Shown piece by piece: positions 39,401 to 54,400 of a DNA stretch of 64,000 nucleotides. The stretch spans positions 130,016,001-130,080,000 of the forward strand of contig NW_024704742.1 in NCBI RefSeq assembly GCF_018977255.1, given 5' to 3'. Positions within the stretch are counted from its first letter, which is position 1, and every line of letters begins with the position of its first letter. This stretch comes from Callorhinchus milii (taxonomy: Eukaryota). The translations under genes were made by a program, and so were the position numbers. The notes under the pieces are model-generated. The model was not told the origin of the DNA, made no database searches, and saw only the letters and a program-made list of their open reading frames with translations.

Positions 39401-42400
39401 TCTCCTCCACCCCCTGCACTGTCACGTCTGGTGTCCCCCAGGGCTCTGTCCTTGGCCCTCTCCTCTTTAATACCTACATGCTCCCCCTTGGTGACATCAT
39501 CCGCAGACATGGGGTCAACTTCCATATGTTTGCGGATGACACCCAACTTTATCTTTCTGCCTCCAACCTTAACTCCAGGACCACTGCTGTCCTGACAAAC
39601 TGCCTATCGGACATCAAGTCCTGGATGCGGGCAAATTTACTACAGTTGAATGTGAACAAGACTGAGGCCCTCCTGATTGGCTCGCGCCAGCGCCTCAGCA
39701 CCTCAGGCTCTGGCAGCATCAACCTCCATGGTTGCACACTACAACTCACCGCCAGTCAGGAACCCAGGTGTCTTGTTCGACCCTCAACTGTCTTTTCTTC
39801 CCCACATCCAAGCCATGACCCGCTCTGCCTTCCCTCACCTCCATAACATCGCCCGACTCCGCCACTACCTCACCCCTCAGGCCGCTGAAACTCTTGTTCA
39901 TGCCTTCGTCACCTCCAGGCTCGACTATGCAAACCCCCTGCTTGTCGGCCTTCCCAACTCCTCCCCCCACAGGCTGCAGATAATCCAGAACTCTGCAGCC
40001 CGTGTCCTCTCCCACACCAAACTCCGTGACCCCCATCTCCCCCATTCTCGCCCGACTCCATTGGCTCCCTATCCTTCAGGGGATCCAGTTCAAACTCCTG
40101 GTACTCACCTATAAAGCCCTTCATGGCCTCGCTCCACCCTATCTCTGTGACCTCCTAACCCCCTAACAACCCACCCGCTCCCTCTGCTCAGCCGGCTCCA
40201 GCCTGCTCCAGGTCCCCAACCCACTTGCCCCACCATTGGCGGGAGAGCCTTCAGCCACTCTGCCACCATCCTCTGGAATTCCATCCCCCAAACACTCCTC
40301 CTCGCTCCCTCCTTAGCCTCCTTCAAGTCCCGCCTCAAGACCCTCCTCTTTGACCCTGCCATCGGTCACCCCCCTTCCCCTCCCCTCCCTTCTCCCCCCG
40401 ACCCCTACTCGGATCTGAAATGCTGTGCACTGTCCAGCGCCTTGGGACGTCCTCCTGACATGAAAGGCGCTATACAAATATTCAGAGGTGTGCAAGATCA
40501 GTTGACTCAAATTTCAATTTTGCTCTATGGGGATTTCTGTCTGCTTGGTAGCTGCTGCAAACAAATCGACTGTGAAGGAACCCAATATAGGGGAGTAAGG
40601 GAAATGAAAGAGGGCAAATAAATGAATAGTAATATCCAACAAATTTAGATACAATCTTTAGTCTGTGTAGAGTGGGTTAATGTCACTCGAGACTGAAATA
40701 GGGGTTGCCAAATTAGCCTCGGTGTTCCTATGCCATGGGATTAGGGGGGTGGGGAGGTCGAAGAAAGAAAAAAAGACTACAAAGACTCTCACTCAGTCTT
40801 CACTGGAAAGTACATGTGTGGGAATAGGATCAGGAAGGATTTACCCAGAACTAAATATTTTTATCCAGGCTTACATGAAGAATGGTCTTTTTCTTTAGAA
40901 AGGTTTTTCACTTCTTCATGCAGCCAGGCTGTGGGAACGTTCTGCAGCACAGTGCACTGATGTGATTTTGGTGTTTTATCCTAGTTTACAAGAACGCTCA
41001 TATTGTTGACAACAGAACGTTAAATTGTACTTTTGGCCTTTGGCTAATGAGCAGTAAAACTAGCCAAGGACATCTCTGACTGAAACAAATGCCACTCCTT
41101 AATAAGCATGTCAGGAGACGTCCTGAGCACACATTTTATCTAAAAAAAATTGTCATTCTGAATGACTGAGTTAAAGTTTAATCAACAGGATGTTACATCA
41201 CGACAGACTCAACATACACTCACTCCATCAGGAACTTGCACAATTGGTTTGATATATCAGAACGTTCCATTTCAATTACCAATTGGCACAGCTCCAGAGA
41301 CAGGTGACCCAATTGAGATGAGTCAGAAGGTGGAATAAGAATATTTATGGTCTATAACTTTAAGACACTGACTGTCTAGCTGAACACTAAATTATACAGA
41401 TCATTTGTTTTTGGGGGGTTGGGGGATGGGGTGAAGAGGAGCCCTTCCAAATCCTGCCAATGAGCCAGACTGGCTGTGCTGTCTTCATCAGCATCCTGGA
41501 GAACTGCGGTCCTGCCTGGCTCAGGGTACAGATCAATTCAGTGTGTGTTAAGTTAGTTAATCTTAGCAAGAGCTGTTGTTGGGGTATGACATTGGCACCA
41601 ACATTCAAGATGCACCTGGACAGAGTAATGATTCTCCAATTTAACTGGTCATTTTTCTCAAGTTGGAACTCACTGGAATAACTGGCTATCGAGAAAGACA
41701 GTCACTATATTTAGTAATTTAAGACATTTTGATGCAAGTTCAGTCTTTTTCGTGAATCTCAGGTGAGGCAATAATTAAGCATTGCAACAGAAGCCTCACT
41801 GGTTGCATCATTGCAAGTTACAGGAAGCTTGGGGATTAAAATGTTTATAGAAGCACTTGACTAAAGAATTTAAGAAACCAAACAAATCCAAATTGGACCT
41901 TTTAGAACCTGCACTTACAAGGACTGTGAAGATAGCCAGTGGTCTAATAGTTTAGACAGTAAAATGAATTATCATGGGTATCAATGACCATGCTGTTGAA
42001 ACTAATTGTTTTTTTNATTGTTGAGCGAAGTTAGACCTGCTCACCCGCATTAACCGAATTAGAATTAACCGAATCACACCCCAGGACGTGGTGGCGGGGT
42101 GGCTGTCATCACCCGGTCCTCGCTCAGCCCTTTCCCTTCCTCCTCTGGAACTTTCCCCTCCTTTGAGAACCTTACACTCTATCACCCCTCCAACCTTTTC
42201 CTCAAAATTCTTCTCCCCCCCAAGCCTTCCCCCACCTTCATCCCCAACATCTCCACCCTTCTATCTTCCCTCTCCCTCAGCTCTGAACGCCTCCTCATCC
42301 TTGGCGATTTCAACCTTCACTTCACCCTTCCTGCTCTACCTCCCTCCAATCGGACTTCCGTGCCGCTCACAGTACAGAAACCGCCCTGGTCAAAGTGACA

Positions 42401-45400
42401 AGTGACATTCTGTCCATCTGCGACCAGGGCTCCCTCTGCCTCCTCGACCTCTCTGCTGTTTTCGATAATGTTGACCACTCTATCCTCATCCACAACCTCT
42501 CCTCTCACCTCAACCTCCACAGCGCTGTCCTTGACTTGTTCAGATTCATATCTCTCGCACCGCCTGCACTTCATCTCCTCTAGTCCCCATACCGCCTTGT
42601 GTGGTGTTCCTAGGGGTCTGTCCTTGGTCCCCTCCTCTTCAATATCTATATGCTTCCTCTTGGTGACATCATCCGCAAACATGGGGTCAACTTCCACATG
42701 TATGCGGATGACACCTAACTCTACCTCTCTGCCTCCTTGACTCCAGGACCACTGCTGTGCTGACTGAGTGTCTGTCAGACATCAAGTCTTGGATGAGAGC
42801 TAACTTTCTTCAATTGAACGTCAACAAGACCGAGGCTCTCCTGATTGGTTCCCATCAGCGCCTCCTCACCTCAGGCGCTGACCGCATCACCAGCCATGGT
42901 TGCACACTCCACCTTACTAAGCCAGTCCAGAACCTTGGGGTCTTGTTTGACTTCAACTATTCTTTCTACCCCACATCTGCGCCATGACCTGCTCTGCCTT
43001 CCCCCACCTCCGCAACATTGCCCAGCTCTGACACTGTCTCACACCGCAGGCCGCCGAAATCCTCATACGTGCTTTCATTACATCGAGGCTCAACTATGCA
43101 AACTCACTGCTTGTCGGCCTCCCCAACTCCTCCCTCCACAGGCTGCAGATCATCCAGAACTCTGCAGCTCGTGTCCTCTCCCACACTAGGCTCCATGACC
43201 CTATCACCTTCATCCTTGCCCAATTCCACTGGCTTCCCATCACACAGTGGATACAGTTCAAGATCCTAGTTCTCACCTTCAGAGCCCTCCACTGTCTTAC
43301 ACCCCCCTACCTCACCAACCTCCTCCCACTACCAACCTGTTCACTCCGACCTGCTTCATGTCCCCCGGCTTGCTTGCCCCACTATTGATGGGTGGGCCTT
43401 CCGCCACTCTGTACCCACCCTATGGAACTCCATCCCGCAGTCCCTCCGTCTCATTCCCTCCCTCACCACGTTTAAGACCCACCTCAAGATCCTCCTCTTC
43501 GACTATGCTTTCGATCTCCTTGCTTCCCCCCCGCCCTCCACCCTCCCCCATCCCGACCCTCAGCTCAGGTCCGTAGCTCTGTCTGTCCAGCACCTCCCAA
43601 CTTGAAAGGTGCTATACAAATGTTATTTTGTTGTTGTTGTAGAATGAATATGTTCCACTAGGGAATGAGGGTTGTCCCCAGAAACAAGCCCCAATCCCCT
43701 CCCCCCCACCCCCACCCCAAACTCATCTAGGCCAAATTTTCAATGAACAATGCAGACCTGAACCATGTCTTCAAGACCACACAAGCAAGTCAGGTGTCGG
43801 GGTGGCCTTTCTGGCAGGGCAAGCCTGGCCTGAGGCTGGTGATTAAGTTCTCAAGTGAGCTCTGCGTTCCGGTATCTCCGCTTCCTCTTGTGAGAGCACA
43901 TCAAACTCCTCAGATCGGATGCACTGCAGTACCAAACCCAAACTAACTGTTGCAAAAACACTTACCAGGGTAAAACTCTTTGGTGATGCTGCCCAGCGCT
44001 TGATATTGGTCAGGCTCCATTCCTGTATCACCTCTTTTGTTCTCTCATCCACACGCATCACACTTTCCTTGGTAATTCCCAGCAAACGTGGGACAAGCTT
44101 ATTCTTCCCTTTCATTTTCTCCTACAAAGGGTTCAATACATTCATATTAGTTCACTGCATTTCTTGAGAATGCTTAAAGAAACATAGCCATCTCAATCTG
44201 TAATACAAGTCATTTCTCACATTAAGGTTCACTCCATACGCTATAGTCTATATGGAGAGCTTGCCTTAATAATATAACAATGAATAACACACATTAAAAT
44301 TTTATTACAATTTCAAATAAATATTCACCTTAACCAAAAAGAAGGACACTCCATATGTCTTCAGTGAGCGGGCCAGCTTTACGTACAGCACTTTAGCCTC
44401 CATCTCGGTCATGTTTGCGCAGTTCTTATGTGCCTATGTAAAAAAAGAATATTTTTATGGTTGTTTGATATTTGGCTTCGGGCTTATGTGCAAATGAGAG
44501 AGAGAGAGAGAGAGTGTGTGAGAGAGAGAGAGAGAGAGAAAGAAAGAGAGAGAGAGAGAGAGAGACAAGACGGAGAGAGACAAGACGGAGAGAGCAAGAG
44601 ACGATGGTTGGCCACCCATGGTTTAATGTAAAGTTAGTGACTGTATTTACAGTCAATTTGCACACACAATAAAATGAAATCTGTCTTCAATTTGAAAATT
44701 GAAGAATACATCCTGCGCCACAGAGAGGAGACACTATGAGTTGACTGTGACACAGTCAGTCTCCAGCAGGATATTCTGTCTGGTGTCGGGAGTCCCTACT
44801 GGTTAACACAGTAGAAAAACGCCAGTTGGAAGGAAACTTGTTTAAGAGAGGTTACTGAGCCAGTCAACATGAGGCACTGGAATTAAACGTCTGAAAGGGA
44901 ATAGCACTATGGTGCAGCATATGTTTGGAACATCAAAGCACAGTGCCACAGACATGCAGAGGCAAAGGTAAAATTCCTCTTATTCTCCTTTTTCCAATAG
45001 TTCCCAAATCTGTGGTGAGGCATCATCAACTGAAGGCCAGGTCAGGACTGAGTCATTGGCTCACCCTCTTTCTGTAGGTGGTGTGTTCTCTAGATTCACG
45101 TGGAGGTAAAAGGATTTCATCCACTCATTAAACATAAAATCAAACTGAAATCATACAGGCTCAGTAACACCTCCAAACTAGATCCCCAGCAGATATTGTC
45201 AGTGTATTTAACCAAAACACAATTGAATACAAACTATTTGACACCCACACCCTCACTTTCATCAAACAAGTCCTCGCCAAGCTCTACTTACTACTCTGTC
45301 TCCCAACCGATCAACTTCAAAATCCTCAACCTCACCTATAAATCCCTTCATGCCCAGCACCTCCCTCACTATGTCCCTTATCTCTAGAACTCCCTCTACC

Positions 45401-48400
45401 CCTCCACCTCAATTTCTCTCTATCTGTCTTTAAAGACCAGCAAATAAACATCTTCAGTTGTGCTTATGGTTGCCTCTTTCCTCGCTCAGTATCTAACACA
45501 GTCTCTGTGAAGCACTCCGCTGTATAAAAGCAAGCTATTGTTGCTGTTGAACAATCAAATCACTCGCTAGCAACAGTTTGAATTTATAAAGATTCATCCT
45601 GATGATGAAAAATGTTTTCCGACAATTGCAAACAGAACTACCTTCACATAATATAGGTCTCACTGTCTGCTCACATTTTAACAAAGGATTCAAAGGATAC
45701 CAAATTCAGCACAACCTCTTCCCCCGCAAAGCACTGAAATTAATATGTGTTGAGTCAATTACGCAAATCATTTTGATCTTCCTACAGTATAGCAAAAGAA
45801 AAACATTCAGTGTCAGGAGCAATGACCAGCCTTTCCTGACACCAGGTTTGGCCTTTGTAAAAATAGACTCCTCGTGTTTCCTTTCCAGAAAGTCTGCCAT
45901 TTCCCTACAATGCACAGCTGATAATCTACCCTGCCAAGGCTCCATCAATGCATAAGATGCAGTGAAAATCTAAAACCACCTCCATTGGCCCTGCCACAGG
46001 ATGGAAGCAAATTCACAATATGACAGTGACCCTGCTTTGCAGCAATGTCCAGGGGAAAGTCTGGGCTCTTATTTCTTAACATGTAGACATTTAAAATGCA
46101 GCTTAGTTAGACTGAGATTAGTTTCAAGAGGAGGATAAGTCAAGCCAAGTCACATTTAAATAAAGATTTAATTGGGGGTGGGAGGGGACACTGGAAGCAA
46201 TTTCATTAGATTTTCCAATTGGTATTGGAACGTGCAAGAGTTTACACAAAGGGACAGCAGATCCACAATATTGTGTCATCTTGTTTATCCTTTTCCTTGG
46301 GAATTCGTAAGAGGAAACACAAGTCAGAAAGGACAGGAAATCAAATGCCTGTCCAATTGTATTCATTTAATCATACCATGAATATTTTCTTTTCCCCTTT
46401 CTGTTTGATGTATTCTTTAGGCAGGAATTCTTTCAAGCTAAAGAAAAAAACAAAGAACATAGAGGTAAGTTTAATTTTCTGTAATGATTTATTCACCAGT
46501 CTTCCTTTTTAAAAAAAATCCAAGTCAAAATATAATTTGTTTTTAAAAACAAAGCACTCACATCTCAAAGCACTTCACTGGATGTACTATAAAAAGAGAA
46601 TTGACTTGTTTTGGGGAGCAAATGGAGTTCTTTTGATATCTTCATTCTCTCCACCTCATACTCCCCCACCCTCCACCCCCTCATCCTCCTACCCTCATTC
46701 CCACGCCCATCTGAAGACATTCTGACTGGGTCTTGGGCTACCTCCTCCCTAACCCTGTCAGTTTGGGGTCCCACAATCGATGTCTTTGTAAAGCACTTTG
46801 CTATGAACATACAGACAATTTCCAAGACACTAAATCAATCAGCTTGCACTGATGCAGCAGCATTTATGTCAAAGAATCTCTCAATGCGCTTGAAGAGATC
46901 AGTGGACAAAAGGGCAAAAGAAGTGTGAGGAATTTTAAGGCGATTTAAGTTGCTTTCAAAGGAATGGGTCTTTTGAGATTTTTGAATGCCGGTAGAAAGG
47001 CAGATTATTTGGCTTTCAAAAGGAGTCTCAAAGGGCTCAAAGGCAGAAAGCTGGTAGTGCAGCAGAGGGCACGAGGCACAAGCAGTAAATTAAGTTAGCT
47101 GCGGAGTTGTCGCCCTGGCGAAGCTTGAACATATAGGATGGAGCTTGAGATTTGTAAATTGTTCTGCTGAGGAGACAGGAAGCCGGAGATGCTTGGAACG
47201 ATGCAAGTGTGGGACTTGGTACAGGCCAGGCCTCAGAACAGTCAAGTTCTGGATGCATTAAAGTTTGTAAAGTCAGTTACTAAGTCAATGCTTCATAAGA
47301 CCTTAAGATTCCCTTTTGACAATCGCTGTATTTTCATATTGAAATCAATCTTTTCTTTCCTGATCTTCCTCTGAATACCTCCAGCCCTCCTGATGCCAAC
47401 CCCCTACTTGGGTCCAAATCCCTGACTGTCCAGCACCTTGGGACGTCCTCCTGATGTGAAAGGCACTATACCAATGTAATTTGTTGTTGTTGAAGACAAT
47501 TGACTCATTATTTTTCCTTCTATTGGCATCTGGGTCCACAGCCACCAATCGCCCTCATGGACAGTTTCTCACAGATGTGATTATTAATCATGTGAGATCC
47601 TTGCCACACTCTATAACAAGGGTGATTGGTGGAAGGCCATCACATATACATATACATTTTCAACAACAACAACAACAAGATTCCATTTATTGAGCGCCTT
47701 TCACGTCGGGAGTACGACAATATGGAGACAGTAATGGAAAGTCATGTAATACAAGATCTCCAAGTACAAGAACTTGAAATGGATTGAAAGAAATGGTGAG
47801 AGGTTTAGAAATATGAATGTGCTATTGTGCTGTCATTCATTCATTCATTCATTCATTAATTCATTCATTCAGTCATTCAGTCACATTTGTGGTCACTTCT
47901 ACCTTGAAGAGTGAAACCAAGTTACCCAGGACCTGAGGGTTGACGGGGTGCGTGTACAAAGTACAACGGGTCAAAGCAAAGCAACTGAAGTATTGTGAAA
48001 TATTATATTGCCAAGGAAAGCTTTAGACAGTTTTTTTAAAAACAATTAACCAACTGTAGGTCTTACTAAATTATGGAGTGTCAAGGATTTGACCTCTGTT
48101 CTGCAAGCTCACAAATCAGGACAAAGAACCATATACATACAACAAATATACAGGAATTTGGGGGGCATAACAATTTAATATTCTATGTGAAGAGCTGCCA
48201 TCCATTTCCTGTGAATTGTTTCATGAGTGAGTGATTAGGGTTAGATTATTGGCCCCTTCCAATGGCTCATCATGTTTTTGACAATAGCAGATCAGGAAAG
48301 TCCCTTTCAATCTCTCGTCTTTGCTAAATTGACTGATTTCAATTGGGAAAGCACTTTGGGCACCACAATCTAGCGTGTCAAGGATCTCGCATGATTAATG

Positions 48401-51400
48401 GTCACTATCCAATGGAAACTATCCACAAGGGCAACTGGTACCTGTGGACCCAGACCTCAGAAGGAAAAATAATGAGTCAATTGTCTTCAGAGGAAAAAAT
48501 TTGCAAAACAAAAGCACCAATTTCAATAGCTAAGGTCTAAGGAATCTAAAGTCTTGTGAGGCATTCACTTAGTAAGTACATTTTAAGACATTTTACAGCA
48601 TGCATTTTGTTTTACATGAGCTTATTGTAACAAAACAACAAAGGAAAGATTGTCTCAAAATCTAGAACTGTTAGCCCAATTTTCTCTACTGAACTCTCCC
48701 TCCACCAGCCCAAATTCAGATTTGTGGTGGGATAATAACAACAATAATAATCCTTACATTTGATATAGTGCCTTATCATGACTTCTAGACATCTCAAAGC
48801 GCTTCACAGAATATACTGTAAAGTAAATGGACTGTATATTTGTGGATGAAATGCGGCAGCCAATTGCGCACAGCAGTGTCCCACAATCAGTCAGGATTTC
48901 CAGGTACAGTTTCCAAGTGATCATTCAGTGTCCCCCTGAACATTATCACTTGTCTCAAAGGTGAACTCTTTGGGTTGCTCACATGAAATGAATATTCCCT
49001 TGGATCCACTTGGGAAGACTGGTTGGCGATGTATAAATTCGTAATGTTTGACCTGACAGAAAATAAGTTCAAAGTGTATTTTGCATCTATTCTGGGGGCT
49101 GAAATCACTTCTCATACCTGTGCAAATCACTTCTCATACCTGTGCAAAGCCCTTTTCTAAAACTGGAAGCTTTGATAAAAGGCTGGTACTCACTCCAAGA
49201 AGCCAGGTTTGTGCTTCAGTTCATTGTGTGGTCCAAACTGAATCTGACTCTGATACCCTGCAAAGTCACAGGCTTTGTCAAAGGAGACAGGATGAGAACC
49301 ATTCAGAATATCGTCTCTGGCCTGAAATATACCACCACAAATACAAAAAAAATCAAAAGTCATAAACAGCTCTGACCTACGGCATACATGATTCAAGAGG
49401 TCACGCGAGTTTTCCAGGAATCTAATTTAATTTGTTTTTGGTTTTGCAGGTGCACTAGGGGGAAAAAAAAGGGAAAGAAAATCTTTCAAGAAATAAAGGC
49501 TGGGAGTTTCAGGAGATTACTGGAGCTGGGGAAAAAAAATCCCGCTCTGCCAAAGGTACACTCAGTTACCGGAGAAGCAATCAGAATGTTTCGGGTGGCA
49601 TTGGAGACATGTGAGGGCAGGAATTCTTCCCTTCCGAATAGGGGCAGATGTGGAAGCTGATTACAATTAATCTTAGGCAGTGAATCCAACACCCAGGGTT
49701 TTAAAACCAGCACTCTGTTGGAATTCGAGATAGGAGGTGTAAAGAGTAAGAGAAAGGCTGTGTGTGGCAGGGCAATGTGTAACCTGCGACTTTTTGAACG
49801 CTGTACTAAAATAAAACTTTTTGGGGTTCAAAGTTCCTTTCCTAAATTCCTACATTCCTAAATTCAGTCTGAACTGAAAGAAAAACGTTATTGCTCTTCA
49901 ACTGTATCCCCAAAATTTCAACCAATCCTTCAGATGTCGCTCCCCATCAGTTCCAGCCTTTTGGGGTTTTTATATCTATATAGTTTTGTGCCTGAAATAC
50001 CAACTCCTCGGGACAATCTCAATAACAAGTGAAAATAAATACTGCTCAGCAGTGCTGGGGGCCAAAAGGTTGTTTCTGCTCGGGGGTGGACACTGCCATT
50101 CAGGATATAATAATGCAAGAAGGCTTCAGAGGTCTGAAATTCCATCCTGTAAATCAATATAGCACCACAAATTTTTGACTTAAAATTTAAGATTGGGCAG
50201 AAAGGTGGAACATTCCTAAATTCAGTCTGAATTTAGAAGCTATAAAGAGCTGGAAAAANCAGGCTCCCAAATTAAGATTGAATTGAAGGATGGTGCATTA
50301 CTCTAAATCACCTTAGGATGTCCTTTCAAATGGAAAGGATTTTTCCCTTTTTCTGCATTCCAGATAAAACACATGGGGAACCTTATTTGAGCTGCGTAAC
50401 ATAAATGTTTTGTTTAGCCTGCAATTGATAAGTCCTGCTGCCTTACCTGCACATAGAGTAAGTTCAATTGCACCGGATCTCTTGAATCAACATTTTGATC
50501 TGAATAGAAGAATTTTCGCCTGAGAAGTAAGGTTTCATTTTCATCGACTCCTTGTTCTCGAAGTGTTCGCCCATGGTCCAACCAGTTCACTGCAAACAGC
50601 AAACACAGGAGCATGAAAACACAACTGGCCACAGCAACATTCCCCACATCCCATGGAAGCCACAAGGCAAAAACCTTCAAAACTTAACGTTGCTCTCAAA
50701 AATGACAGGATTCCAAATGGGAGCCCGCTAACCTTCCAGTTGAGTTTCAACTGAATTAAAATATCTGCATAGCCCCCAAAAAGGTAATAAACCAAAACAG
50801 CATTGCATTTTCAGATTTTATATTTTACCTCAAAACCAACTGCGCAAAAATATCTCACCTATGTCCATAATACAAAATCACTACCCCGCAATGTTATTTT
50901 TGAAAGCTACTATCGAATCTGCTTCCATCACCCTTTCAAGCAGTGCATTCCAGATGGTAGCAACTCATGCATAAAAACATTTCTCCTAGTCTTCAGTCTG
51001 GTTCTTTTGCCAATTGTCTTAAATTTGTGTCCTCTGATTACCCATCCGCCAGAAGAAACAGTTTCTCCTCTTATATACATACAGGCATTGATAAAATAGC
51101 CACTCACAATCATCATCTGTGTGCAGTTTCTGCTTCAGTTTTTCCATTTTCTTATCGTCTCTCAGCAGAGTTTTGTCTTTCTTCAACGTCCCTGTCATTT
51201 CTTCTTTCTTTTCTTCCACAATTTCATGTACAAGTGAATATTCATCGTGGTTTGTGATTCCTACATTTTGTGAAAAACACAAGACACATGGAATTCCATT
51301 GCACTGTACAACTTCTCCACAACCGAATGAACGCAAAATATATTATCACATCTTCTAAAATAAAATTTCTGAAAACGTTCAAGCATAAGAATTGAGCGCA

Positions 51401-54400
51401 GTGAGCCAAGCGCTTCCTGAATGTATGAAGCAAACTTACGCTGTCAATACTACTCCTTTTTGTTTTTTAAGATACATTGCAATCAATCAGCGTTACATGC
51501 ACACATTGTACATTACCACAGCTTTGAGTGCTACCAGAAGCAAGGACTCGAAATCAGTTTACACACTTCATCAATTCATAGCCTGAGACACTGAAAGATG
51601 GAAGAAAACTGACACCCCATTGTCTTGCTGCCGCTTCAGCTATGGAGGGTCACTGAGGCCAAGAGCAGTCCATTCACACGCCAAAGCAACTTCGGAAACA
51701 GACCCTGAACTTGGTACTTTCCCAGCACCAGGCACAGACAATGTATTACCCAAATTGGCAACATTTCTCAAAGGAAACTTGGCCCACACATTTGCTCAGA
51801 GACCCTTCCAATTGCTGCAGGTTGTAAGAAGTGAGCTAACTTGAATGATGTAGGGGTTCCTGTATTCCTGGGTAGGCTGCCAAGCGGTCCATAGGAAACC
51901 CAGGTCTGATGACTGCTCAGAAGGCTCAACGCAAACTTAAAGCAATGAAGCCTAAAGCAGAGTGCACATTAGAGGCCATATTCTGTTGGCCAGGATAGAT
52001 GGAAAGAACAGAGCCTGTGCAGCGTTCAGAATTTGGTTGACAGCATTCTACTGAATGCAAACGCCAGGACCAAGTGCTTCCATATCTGCCAATGTTCCTC
52101 TGGTGTTGTGGGGCTGCTTAGGTCTCGTCGGGGCTGCCTTAAGCCTTCTGTACTCTCTGAACACATGCAGAGAATGTCTCATAAACTTGGGCCATTCAGC
52201 CCATCAAGCTTCTCCCTCCATTATTGGATTTTCTTTCAATTCAATTTCCCCACACTCCTTAAAACGTAAACTAAACAATCAACCACCTTTCAAGCATCCC
52301 AGTTGATTCTGGCTCTACTGCCTTCTGAGACAGTGTATTGCACAACTCTGTGTCAATGTTTCTTCACACACTACAGAGATGTGGCAAGAGTGTGCTCTCA
52401 GGGTGGAGATGTACAATCCAAGAGGGTTAGGTAGAATTTGCGAAGCATAATAAAAGTAGCAGCTTTGGAGGTCTTTAGATATTTCCTGCCCAACTCACAA
52501 AAGGCCAAGTCCCATGTGGAGCAGTTGGCCTAGCTCTGTGATGTCTTTTCTCATGCCAAGTCTTCAGGGGGGTATGGCTTTAGGGAATTATTATTGCACC
52601 AGAGGGGAATTTTAATCTTCCTACCTATTCTGGCACAGATTGTCATCAGCATGTCGCTCACTATTTTTGAGTCATCCACCATAACTGTTTTGATACTTCC
52701 ATCCAGCATTCTGATCTTCAGAGGCCTATGCTTTCTCTTATAGTCCAGCGTGTCCTGAAAGGGGTGGAAAGAAGATGATGAGAGATTTAGAACCTGTCCT
52801 GCCACAGTTTATAAAGTAATACTTTATTTTTGCAATGGGGAGGTCCATTTCTGTTTTGATAAGCCAGGCTGTCAATGACTTGGGATGTCCTCTCGAAAGG
52901 CACAATTTTATTTTTNGGAGGGGGTGGGGGTGGTTGGTCAGCTGGATGTCCGACACATGTTGAAACCCATCACTGTGCTTAAGAGTATCCAAACCAAACT
53001 GAAAATTCCATGCATTTCACCTACACATGGACATTCCAGAGACAGAATGTGCTCTCTCACCCTGGAGGGATGTATCCTGCTTACCTAATTCCGGAAAGTA
53101 TTAGCTGTTGATTCACGCGGAATATAATCACCGTAATTTAAGAGTATCCAAATCAAAACTATTGAGTGTTCCACAAGTACGTGGTGTAATGTTTGTCTCG
53201 AAACACTACAAAAAAAGAGCAATGGGACCAAAAGTTCTGAAGTTTCAAAAAGATGCACCATGGATGATGGCAGGTTCATTCCCAAGGGGAAAATAAGGAA
53301 GTCACACTACAACAGAACATTGCCCAGATGTGTGGAAGGGGTTACAAACAAACTGAAATGAAGGCTAAGATTCAATTTTCTTCCCTCAAATTTACATTAT
53401 ATCATAGGACAGAGGTATGAGATACAAAAGAGAAGTATGATGAACTTACTCCATTCCTTAACATGTAATAGTCCAAGGCTTTGGCAGACTCCAACCAGAT
53501 GCCCTTCTTTGGGTCCTCATCGGACAGAAATAATCCATAATCATTCGCTGGAAGGCAATAAATCAAACATTGTTACAATGCAATCAATAGTTTTCAGAGT
53601 AGAGGAACAATTTGGTGCATTTGATCGGTAAAAATCATTTATCAAATTAGCAAAAATCTGGTAAATCCCTGCAACATACAAAGTCTGATGTAGTTTACAA
53701 ACTGCAAAGTCACTACACTTTATAGTAATCTGAGATGTCCTCCCCATATGAAAGGCACTTATCAAGCGAAAGGATTACTATTAAAGTAGAGGAAACCAAA
53801 GTTAAACATAAACATCAGGCAAAACTGTGACGTGGCCAAATGGCCCCTTAAGCTTAGACACTTAAGAGGTGAAGCAATATATTATTATGTATGAGAGCAT
53901 TCAGACAACTGCACCTTAACTGGCTGACATTTCCTGTTTGGCGCCTGTCGAGCTATTTTTGCTCGTGAGCCAGAGATAGACGTTTGCCTTAGTCTGGCTG
54001 TAATTTGTCTTTACTTTTAAACCAAGCAGTAAGCTGTCAAAACAAAATCTGTCCATACATCAATTTCAACATATACCAGGTGTTATACCAAAGACCTGGT
54101 TATGGATTTTGCAGTAGGACAGTGATAAAGGTTAAACATTGCTGTCTTCACGAGACAGCATTCTCTAGCCAAAATAGTAAGGAAATGATTTGCTTCCAAG
54201 CATTCGCCAACTCTACGCTAACAAGTTATTTTGAGATCTAGGAATAGCATTAAGGTTGTTCGAGCTGTGATCTTACACTCTGCGGTAGCCTATAAATACA
54301 GTCACTACATATCCCAATATATCCTGTGAAGCGCTTCGAGACATCCTCCTAACATGAAAAGGCCTGTATAAAATGCATTGAATATTATTTATCATCATCA

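Noticed and set aside
42016..42016. Single N bases at 42016, 50259 and 52916
   Set aside because: Ambiguous calls beside homopolymers in introns; technical.
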